Positions 39,900-47,350 of a stretch of 64,000 bases of DNA are shown here, one piece after another. The notes under the pieces are model-generated. The model was given only the letters and a program-made list of their open reading frames with translations, ran no database searches and was not told where the DNA came from. Position numbers and translations under genes: made by a program. How positions within the stretch are numbered: the first letter of the stretch is position 1; each line of letters begins with the position of its first letter. The stretch comes from an uncultured Anaerobiospirillum sp. (GTDB taxonomy: Bacteria > Pseudomonadota > Gammaproteobacteria > Enterobacterales > Succinivibrionaceae): contig CALXYZ010000001.1 in NCBI GenBank assembly GCA_944393075.1, positions 6,610 to 70,609 of the forward strand, given 5' to 3'.

Positions 39900-40355
39900 C
39901 TAATCTAAGACTTCAGGCAAATAGCGCAGGCAGATGTCGCTAACACCATGCTCCTTGATGTCGGTGAAAGGAGCGCTGACGGTGACGCGCATAATGGCAA
40001 CGGTCAGGCTTTCGCCCTCATGCTCGCCAGCGCGAGTCACTGAGTTTAAAGCCAGCTGCAAAATGGCTTGATCGGCTTCGCTCTCAGACTCAGACGAGCC
40101 CTCTTCCTCAACCTCAACTAAGCCGCCATCATCATCCCAAAACTCTGGAGTGAGCTCGGAGATAGCTACCTGTAGGTCAAAGCGGGTAGTGTTGAGGTGC
40201 TTTTGCACCATATGGCGCGAGGCAGTGGTTGGGAATTCAGTGGACTCAAAGCAACCAAATACAGTGTCGATTAAGAGGTCGCTTAAGTAATCAAAGTCCT
40301 CATCGGACATGGTGTCGATCAGGTTTTGGAGGGCATCGCCTTGAAGATAGGACAT
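39900..40355 (-). CDS. Hypothetical acidic protein (151 aa)
   Basis: Clean ORF with D/E-rich composition (EVEEEGSSESESEAD); no family recognised. Separated from rpoA-2 by a terminator. Confidence 0.5.
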   Translation of the reverse strand: MSYLQGDALQNLIDTMSDEDFDYLSDLLIDTVFGCFESTEFPTTASRHMVQKHLNTTRFDLQVAISELTPEFWDDDGGLVEVEEEGSSESESEADQAILQLALNSVTRAGEHEGESLTVAIMRVTVSAPFTDIKEHGVSDICLRYLPEVLD

Positions 40356-40411
40356 GGGCTGGGCTCTTTGTTCTGTTCTGTTTTATTTTTATGGTGGTGA
40401 AGCAGCAGATA

Positions 40412-40439
40412 CAAAAAAGGCCGCAATGCGGCCCTTTTG
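40412..40439. terminator. Bidirectional rho-independent terminator downstream of rpoA-2
   Basis: AAAAAA-GGCCGC-AAT-GCGGCC-CTTTT; a second hairpin GTGTGC...GCACAC follows at about 40441-40467. Confidence 0.7.
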
Positions 40440-40498
40440 CTGTGTGCGATGCGATATTGCAGCACACAAGTTCCTCACTAATAGCGCGCGGCGCGTGA

Positions 40499-41485
40499 TT
40501 AGTGGTTGATCTCGAAGTCTGATGGAGGCCAGTGCTCTAAACGCATGCCTAAGGACAGACCACGCTCGGCTAACACGTCCTTGATCTCGGTTAAGGACTT
40601 CTTGCCTAAGTTTGGAGTCTTGAGTAACTCGACTTCGGTGCGTTGCACTAAGTCGCCGATGTACTTGATACCCTCGGCCTTTAAGCAGTTGGCAGAACGC
40701 ACAGTGAGCTCTAAATCCTCGACTGGGCAGATTAACTTTGGATCGATCAGTGGACGGAAAGTAGTGTCCTCTGCTGGCTCGACCGAGTTTCTGATGTCGA
40801 TGAAAGAGTTTAATTGCTCAGCAAAGATGGTGGCAGCCATGGAAATAGCAACCTCTGGCTTGATGGTACCATTGGTCTCAATGGTTAAGTCCAGAGCTTC
40901 CATGTTGTTGGCTAAGGTGCGTGGACGCACAGCCACATTTAAAACTGGGCAGTAGGAGACGTCGATTAAGAGGCGGCCAATGAAACGATTGTCACCATTC
41001 TCGATGTATGGCTGGCTTTGAGCCTGAACATAACCACGACCACGAGATACGTGCAGAGTCATGTTGAGCTCAATCGAAGGATCGGTGATGTGGCAGAGCA
41101 CAAGATCAGGATTCTTGATCTCAACATTGCTTGGGCACTCGATGTCACCGGCGGTGACAGGGCCAATACCGCTCTTGCTGATGTGCAAAATAGGGTCAGT
41201 GGTGGACACGCCCTCACATTGCACTGCGACTTCCTTGAGGTTTAAGAGGATCAACAACACATCTTCTTGTACACCTTCAAGGGCGCTGTATTCGTGCACC
41301 GCACCAGCGATCTCTACCTCGGTAATGGCGTAGCCAGGAATGGAGGAGAGCATGATACGACGCAATGCGGTACCCATAATTTGGGCGTAGTTTGGCTCAA
41401 AAGGCTCAAGGGTCACACGGCTAACATTGCGTGCAATTTCCTCGACTTCCTTAATGTTTGGCCTGAGAAAATCAATTTGCTCCAA
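40499..41485 (-). CDS. rpoA: DNA-directed RNA polymerase alpha subunit, paralogue 2 (downstream of rplQ)
   Basis: 328 aa; [57 protein letters not shown], and a canonical C-terminal domain [67 protein letters not shown]. Confidence 0.93.
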   Translation of the reverse strand: MEQIDFLRPNIKEVEEIARNVSRVTLEPFEPNYAQIMGTALRRIMLSSIPGYAITEVEIAGAVHEYSALEGVQEDVLLILLNLKEVAVQCEGVSTTDPILHISKSGIGPVTAGDIECPSNVEIKNPDLVLCHITDPSIELNMTLHVSRGRGYVQAQSQPYIENGDNRFIGRLLIDVSYCPVLNVAVRPRTLANNMEALDLTIETNGTIKPEVAISMAATIFAEQLNSFIDIRNSVEPAEDTTFRPLIDPKLICPVEDLELTVRSANCLKAEGIKYIGDLVQRTEVELLKTPNLGKKSLTEIKDVLAERGLSLGMRLEHWPPSDFEINH

Positions 41486-41763
41486 GGTTCCACCCTCAAA
41501 TTGTTAGAAGTTAGGCATGGCCGCATGTCTGCTTGAAACTGAACAGACGACGCGTCATAGGTGACAAGAGAGCCCTGAAAAAAGCATGCCGCAAGCAGCT
41601 TTTTGTTTGATGGGGGCTGATCTTCGTGCTTAGAGTTGCTTGTCAGATTGCAGCAAACGGCACCGTATCTAAGATGCGGTGCCGTTTGGGATCGTAACGC
41701 CAGAGGCGTTGCGACGAAGCAAGCTAGAGGGAGAACCTTAAAGTTCTCCCCTAGCCATGCAAA

Positions 41764-42147
41764 TTAGTCTTCGCTGCTCTCAGATTGAGTGCGGTCAACT
41801 AACATGATGTAAGCCATAGGGGCATTGTCGCCTTGACGGAAGCCGCACTTTAAGATGCGGGTGTAACCGCCGTTACGCTCGGCGCTGACCTTGGCCACTT
41901 CGTCGAATAACTTCTTGACGGAGTCATCGCTACGTAAACGAGCGAAAGCTAAACGACGGTTAGCAACAGTGTCACCCTTCTTAGCTAAGGTGATTAAACG
42001 CTCAACAAAGCGACGTAATTCCTTGGCCTTTGGCAGGGTGGTCTTGATGACCTCATGCTCAATCAGAGCATTGGCTAAATTGCGGTACAGCGCTGCACGG
42101 TGTGCAGAGGTGCGACCTAAGTGGCGACCGCTTAAACGATGACGCAT
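41764..42147 (-). CDS. rplQ: 50S ribosomal protein L17
   Basis: 127 aa; [56 protein letters not shown] matches L17. Confidence 0.97.
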   Translation of the reverse strand: MRHRLSGRHLGRTSAHRAALYRNLANALIEHEVIKTTLPKAKELRRFVERLITLAKKGDTVANRRLAFARLRSDDSVKKLFDEVAKVSAERNGGYTRILKCGFRQGDNAPMAYIMLVDRTQSESSED

Positions 42148-42190
42148 GGTGAAATCCTTCCTGTATAAACAGAGTGTGCAGAGACTTTAC

Positions 42191-43252
42191 TTACTTAGAA
42201 CGCTGTAAGTTCTGAGGAGGCCAGTTTGGCACACGCATGCCTAAAGATAAGCCGCGGGTAGCCAAAACGTCCTTGATTTCGGTTAAGGACTTCTTGCCTA
42301 AGTTTGGAGTCTTGAGTAACTCCACCTCAGTGCGTTGCACTAAATCGCCGATGTAGAAGATCTCCTCTGCCTTTAAGCAATTAGCAGAGCGCACGGTCAG
42401 CTCTAAGTCTTCAACTGGCTGCATTAACACCGGATCAGGAAGTGGAGGTGCAGCAGGGGTGCTGACACGCTCAGCAATGTCTTCCTTGTCGATGAGGTTG
42501 ATCATCTGATCGCAGATGAGATCAGAGCTTTGCATTAAGGCCTCATCAGGGCTGATGGTGCCATTAGTCTCAAGCTCGATGACCAAGCGATCTAAGTCAG
42601 TACGCTGCTCAACACGGGCAGACTCGACCTCATAGACGTAACGGGTGATAGGGCAGAATGCGGCATCAATTAAGATCTCGTCTTCTTCCTTAGCTGGTAA
42701 GTGCTTAGGAGAGGTTGATTCCACATAGCCATGACCGTAAACGACACGGAGATTCATCGACAGCGAAGCCTTAGCCCCCTTAAGAGTACAAATAATGTGC
42801 TCAGGGTTGATGATGCTCATGCCCTCATGGCAGGTGATATCACCGGCACGCACCACACCTTCACCTTGCTTGGAGAGCTTAAACCACACTGGGCCTTGGA
42901 CGTTGTGGTTTGAGGCAATGGCGACGGTCTTTAAGTTCATCACCACCTCAAACAACGACTCAACCATATCTTCCTTGATATCGTTGAGGCTCTTAACGCC
43001 CTCAATTTGGAAGGCATCAAAGGCATATCCAGGGAGGATCTTGAGTAAGATGTCATTTAAGGCAAAGCCGATGGTATTACCATAGCCGCGCTCAAGTGGC
43101 TCTAAAGCGATGCGCACATGGTTTGGGCCTAACTCGGTAAAACCAGTTGGCTTTGGTTTAAGCAATTCACAAACTGACACTATTTGATACCCCACAAGCG
43201 GTACACAAGCTGATAAAAGCGCTGACTCTGCAAGAGCTATATCACCCACCAC
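42191..43252 (-). CDS. rpoA: DNA-directed RNA polymerase alpha subunit, paralogue 1 (canonical operon position)
   Basis: Longest ORF starts at GTG 43252. There is no in-frame ATG in the first 90+ codons. GTG at 43180 ([11 protein letters not shown], which aligns with E. coli MQGSVTEFLKPR) would give about 329 aa. [35 protein letters not shown] and a canonical C-terminal domain are present. Confidence 0.9.
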   Translation of the reverse strand: MVGDIALAESALLSACVPLVGYQIVSVCELLKPKPTGFTELGPNHVRIALEPLERGYGNTIGFALNDILLKILPGYAFDAFQIEGVKSLNDIKEDMVESLFEVVMNLKTVAIASNHNVQGPVWFKLSKQGEGVVRAGDITCHEGMSIINPEHIICTLKGAKASLSMNLRVVYGHGYVESTSPKHLPAKEEDEILIDAAFCPITRYVYEVESARVEQRTDLDRLVIELETNGTISPDEALMQSSDLICDQMINLIDKEDIAERVSTPAAPPLPDPVLMQPVEDLELTVRSANCLKAEEIFYIGDLVQRTEVELLKTPNLGKKSLTEIKDVLATRGLSLGMRVPNWPPQNLQRSK

Positions 43253-43268
43253 GCCATTTTGGCATCTG

Positions 43269-43316
43269 CCTTAGATCTACCTTAGATCTACTTAGATCTA
43301 CTTAGATCTTCCTTAG
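43269..43316. repeat. 10/11-nt tandem repeat (C)CTTAGATCTA x4.5
   Basis: ccttagatcta ccttagatcta cttagatcta cttagatctt ccttag, in the rpsD-rpoA spacer. Confidence 0.95.
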
Positions 43317-43512
43317 AAAGCTCTAAGCAAGCCTGCGCCGCAGTAAAGAGGCGCAAGTGCTTGTCAGGAGAAAAGGCGGCAATGGCACGACAAAGCTTTC
43401 ACTTTCAGGAGGAACAGAAAGATTTGTCTTGGTATGAGCCTTATCTGCAAAGTCAGAACCGCAACTTGTGAAACAAGTGAAAAGAGGTTCAGGCTTTTGC
43501 CTGTAATGACTA

Positions 43513-44136
43513 CTACTTAGAGTAGAATTCGACGATGAGCTGTTCCTTGATATCGGAAGGAAGCTCAGAACGCTCAGGCTTGTTCTTGTAAGTACCCTTC
43601 ATGGCGCTGTGATCGACGTCGATCCAAGTTGGCTTAACAGCACGCTGGCCAGCTAAATCGATAGCGGCCTTGATACGGAGCTGCTTCTTAGCCTTCTCAC
43701 GCACAGCGATCTCATCGGATGGCTGAACCTGATAGGATGGGATGTTGATGACACGGCCATTGACAGTGATAGCCTTGTGGCTGACTAACTGACGGGACTC
43801 CATACGAGTGGAGCCGAAGCCCATGCGATAGACCACGTTGTCTAAGCGGCCCTCTAACAGCTGTAACAGGTTCTCACCGGTGTTACCTGGCATGTTAGAA
43901 GCCTTCTTGTAGTAGTTGTGGAACTGACGCTCGAGCACGCCGTAGATACGACGAACCTTTTGCTTCTCACGTAACTGAGAGCCGTAGTCGGATAAGCGAG
44001 CCTTGTTAGCGCCGTGCTGACCAGGTGCAGTGTCTAACTTGCACTTGGTGTCAATGGAACGCACACCAGACTTTAAAAATAAGTCCACGCCCTCGCGACG
44101 GCTTAACTTTAGAGCTGGCCCTGTATGTTTTGCCAT
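43513..44136 (-). CDS. rpsD: 30S ribosomal protein S4
   Basis: 207 aa; [33 protein letters not shown] matches S4. Confidence 0.97.
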   Translation of the reverse strand: MAKHTGPALKLSRREGVDLFLKSGVRSIDTKCKLDTAPGQHGANKARLSDYGSQLREKQKVRRIYGVLERQFHNYYKKASNMPGNTGENLLQLLEGRLDNVVYRMGFGSTRMESRQLVSHKAITVNGRVINIPSYQVQPSDEIAVREKAKKQLRIKAAIDLAGQRAVKPTWIDVDHSAMKGTYKNKPERSELPSDIKEQLIVEFYSK

Positions 44137-44179
44137 TTATCTTTCTCCAATAAAAAAGCAGATACCAGATGAACCGTTT

Positions 44180-44668
44180 TTAGACGCGACGCTTCTTTGG
44201 CGGACGGCAACCGTTGTGTGGGATCGGAGTAACATCGGTGATGTTAGTGATCTTGTAGCCGATCGCATTTAAAGCGCGAATCGAGGACTCGCGACCTGGA
44301 CCTGGACCCTTGACTAAAACTTCAAGGTTCTTGACGCCATATTCCTTGGCAGCCTCGCCAGCACGCTCAGCAGCAACCTGAGCTGCATAAGGAGTGGACT
44401 TACGGGAGCCACGGAAGCCCGAACCACCAGCGGTAGCCCAAGAGAGGGTGTTACCTTGACGGTCAGAGATGGTGACAATGGTATTGTTGAAAGATGCGTG
44501 GATGTGAGCGACGCCATCAGCGATCTGCTTCTTGCCGCGCTTGCCGCCACGGGAACGTGGAGCAGAGGCAGACTTAGTAGCAGTAGCTGGAGCGGCAGCT
44601 GGGGCCTGAGCAGCAGGAGCTGCTGGAGTTGCTGGGGTTGCAGCTTGTTGGATTTCTTCAGCCATCAT
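44180..44668 (-). CDS. rpsK: 30S ribosomal protein S11 with Ala/Pro-rich N-terminal extension
   Basis: 162 aa; the core [28 protein letters not shown]... matches S11, preceded by [42 protein letters not shown]. Confidence 0.95.
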   Translation of the reverse strand: MMAEEIQQAATPATPAAPAAQAPAAAPATATKSASAPRSRGGKRGKKQIADGVAHIHASFNNTIVTISDRQGNTLSWATAGGSGFRGSRKSTPYAAQVAAERAGEAAKEYGVKNLEVLVKGPGPGRESSIRALNAIGYKITNITDVTPIPHNGCRPPKKRRV

Positions 44669-44676
44669 GTGCCTCC

Positions 44677-45033
44677 TTACTTCTTAATGCTCTTACGAGG
44701 ACCCTTACGGGTACGTGCATTAGTCTTGGTACGTTGGCCGCGAACAGGTAAGCCGCGACGGTGACGTAAGCCACGATAAGAACCAAGATCCATGAGGCGC
44801 TTGATGTTCATGGAAATTTCACGACGCAAGTCGCCTTCTACGGTGTACTTAGCAACCTCAGCACGAATCTTATCTAAGGTAGCCTCGTCGAGTTCCTTGA
44901 ACTTGGTTAACTCTTCAACCCCAGTAGCACGGCAGATGTCGCGTGCACGAGTAGGGCCGATGCCGTAGATGGATTGCAGAGCAATCACGGCGATCTTGTG
45001 ATCAGGCACATTGATGCCAGCGATACGGGCCAC
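44677..45033 (-). CDS. rpsM: 30S ribosomal protein S13
   Basis: GTG at 45033 preceded by AGGAGA gives (M)[29 protein letters not shown], the S13 N-terminus. The ORF track extends to 45078, but that extension has no S13 counterpart. Confidence 0.95.
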   Translation of the reverse strand: MARIAGINVPDHKIAVIALQSIYGIGPTRARDICRATGVEELTKFKELDEATLDKIRAEVAKYTVEGDLRREISMNIKRLMDLGSYRGLRHRRGLPVRGQRTKTNARTRKGPRKSIKK

Positions 45034-45361
45034 TATTGATCTCCTAGAAAAAGGTCGGTTTAACATATGCCATCGCAAAGCCCGTTAGGATACGCGACAG
45101 CAGTTATAGTGCACTTTGGCAAATTAAGCGGAACCTAAGGCCAAACAAGCGGCGACAAACAGCTAGCAAAAAACGCTGCTGCGCGGCACTTGGGCCTATC
45201 GTGCGATCATCAGGCCGCACGAAATCATCGCATGATCTGCTCACACGCTCACACTCAAAGAGTAAGTAGTGATGAAAGCGAGAAAACGGATGTCTGAAGC
45301 AAAGGTCTCTCTATCGCAAAAGAGTTTTGTTCAGAAAATTTAGGTAGGCTGTGATCTGCGT

Positions 45362-45390
45362 ATTTTACGTGATTCATCTCAAAGAATCAA
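45362..45390 (-). promoter_or_regulatory. Candidate sigma70 promoter of the alpha operon
   Basis: Minus strand reads TTGATT-N17-TAAAAT (-35 at 45390-45385, -10 at 45367-45362), about 330 nt upstream of the rpsM GTG. Confidence 0.35.
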
Positions 45391-45609
45391 CAAAAAGTTG
45401 CAGGTGCACAAACGCGGCATTTTATTACTTTCTGTGGCAAAAGAAAAGATGTTTTCAGGGTTTGCGGGCTTTAAAGCTTGTATGCAAGCCGTTTTCGCGA
45501 AAAAAATTTTTCGTGCATCCGTGCTTTTTGTGCGTTTTCGCACATCTTGCACCTCAATGCATCAGTACTTTCGCACCAAAGCTTAATGCCTAACTGCCAC
45601 GAAGCCACG

Positions 45610-45788
45610 CTGCGGCAGCTGCCACAGCTGCCGCAGTTGGCAACAGCCCCTACTCCCTGTACAGCCAGCGCTGCCTGCGCCGCCTGAACCGCCTGCGGTC
45701 GCAGCCGCAGCCATAGCCGAGCCGTGGCTCGGGTGGCCGTGGCCTCGGGCCGCTACCTTCCCAAGCGCGCTAACGCCGCTTGGGAAGG
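45610..45788. repeat. Cluster of GC-rich perfect hairpins (REP-like)
   Basis: CTGCGGCAGCTG-CCA-CAGCTGCCGCAG (45610-45636, 12-bp stem); CCGAGCC-GT-GGCTCGG (45717-45732); CCTTCCCAAGCG-CGCTAACGC-CGCTTGGGAAGG (45756-45788, 12-bp stem). Confidence 0.85.
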
Positions 45789-45838
45789 TGCTTGTATGAC
45801 CTGTGGTGCTGTTGCTAGAGCTAGAGCTAAAGCTAGAG

Positions 45839-47062
45839 CTATCGCAGGAGGTTTGGCGGCAGCAGACCTAGCTGATTGAGCAGGCGCATAACCGGCTCTA
45901 CACCTAAGATGACACAGACAATGACCACCGCGATCACGATGATAAAGCCCATAAAGACCACGGCAAAACGGATAGTACCTTGGGCCTTGATGATCTCTAA
46001 GGTACTAAGCTGTGACAGGATGTGGCTTAGTGGGGTCATCTGCTCTTTTAGACGCTGATAGTCGCCATTGAGGTCAAGGCGGTTAGCTAACTCTTGCGAC
46101 AGATCAAGCGCCAGTCGATTCTTGGGGTCGATGGAGCTGACAAGGTATTCCTTGGTCAAAAAGAGCTCTACACTGTGGTAGAGGAAGGTCAGATCCTTAA
46201 GATTGCGGCGGTAACGACGGCGCAGACGAGCGCTGTTTTGCATCTTGTCACCAAGGATGCGTCCCACCAGCTTGTTAATGCGCTGTAGTGAGTGCTTGTA
46301 ACCTAGAGCCTGACCGATGAGCAAGATCAAAGGCACCATGGTGTTGGCTGTAGCCATGGTTGGTACCAAACCACGAAAGCCGATATAGCGCATAAACTCC
46401 ATACCAACACAGTCAGAGCAGCAGGCAAAGGCGTGATGGCGGATAAAGCCGACACCGCACTGCACTGAGCTACCGCGGATGTAGCGCGAGCAGAGGCTTA
46501 AAAAGAGGTCGTTGACCGAACCAGCCTCCACACTTAGCGTTGGAGACTCTATATAGAAGAGCTCGTAATCAGGAAAGGTCAGCTCACTATCACCGCTGCC
46601 ACCTCCACTAGTTTTGCTCTTAGCTTTGGCCTTGTTGGCCTTGGCTTTAGCGCGCGCCCCCATACTGCGAGCGTTAGTGGTGGAACTGATGGTAAGGTTG
46701 TGCGGCTCTTCGACAAAGATACCCTTTTGCATCGAGACTTCTTCGACGAAGACAAAGATATTGCAAGGGAATGGGCTGTTGTGGAAGAGCTTGAGGAAGT
46801 AGGTTTGGGCAAAGTCGTGGTTAAAGGCCTGATAGCGGCCGTTTTGGTGGCACAGGTCGTAGAAGGTACTGCCACGCAGGAAGTTATCGTCAAAGAGGGA
46901 GATATGCTCGCTCTCTAAGTTGATCTGATCGTACTTACGAAAGTCGTAGGCAGCGGTAGTGACCTTAAAGGCGATGCGATAGAACTTGATACTCGTATTG
47001 GAGTTGACATAGTTGTCGGTGCTTTTGATCTTTCGCAGCGGCTCGCTCATATTGCCTCCCAC
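45839..47062 (-). CDS. Hypothetical protein (407 aa) with C-terminal transmembrane helix
   Basis: Clean ORF. C-terminal FAVVFMGFIIVIAVVIVCVILGV hydrophobic helix, internal KAKANKAKAKSKTSGGGSG tract, Cys-rich segment CGVGFIRHHAFACCSDCVG. No family recognised. Confidence 0.5.
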   Translation of the reverse strand: MGGNMSEPLRKIKSTDNYVNSNTSIKFYRIAFKVTTAAYDFRKYDQINLESEHISLFDDNFLRGSTFYDLCHQNGRYQAFNHDFAQTYFLKLFHNSPFPCNIFVFVEEVSMQKGIFVEEPHNLTISSTTNARSMGARAKAKANKAKAKSKTSGGGSGDSELTFPDYELFYIESPTLSVEAGSVNDLFLSLCSRYIRGSSVQCGVGFIRHHAFACCSDCVGMEFMRYIGFRGLVPTMATANTMVPLILLIGQALGYKHSLQRINKLVGRILGDKMQNSARLRRRYRRNLKDLTFLYHSVELFLTKEYLVSSIDPKNRLALDLSQELANRLDLNGDYQRLKEQMTPLSHILSQLSTLEIIKAQGTIRFAVVFMGFIIVIAVVIVCVILGVEPVMRLLNQLGLLPPNLLR

Positions 47063-47350
47063 CTTGTCTCCTTGCCTACAAACAAAGGCGTACTACCTCT
47101 AACCGAGATTGGACGTAGCACTCCTTTTCTCTCCATTCTCTATAACGGCTAGAGCCGCAAGCTCTGTGATACAAAGCGCAATGCGGCTCTAGTTAGCAAG
47201 GCAACAATTAGGCCTACAGGCCACGGCTGCGATTACTTCGCAGGAGTTTTGACCTTAGCTTTGAGCGGTGCGGTCATGGTCGCAGCTGTCGCTGCGGACG
47301 CTGCCGACGCTCCCGACTTGTCGGCAATGACATCAGGGCCGTCAATAACC

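Noticed and set aside
43269-43316. Possibility that the tandem repeats here and at 16084, 34945, 52250 and 54366 are CRISPR arrays.
   Set aside because: The units are 6-12 nt and directly adjacent, without spacers. There are no cas genes in the window.
45079-45340. Searched for rpmJ (L36), which normally precedes rpsM.
   Set aside because: No ORF resembling MKVRASVKK...C..C...R was found on the minus strand here. rpmJ is presumably elsewhere, probably with secY beyond the left edge.
45351-45687. 62-80 aa ORFs on the plus strand upstream of rpsM.
   Set aside because: They have overlapping frames in an A+T-rich promoter or leader region, implausible composition (Phe/Cys/Lys-rich) and no ribosome-binding sites.
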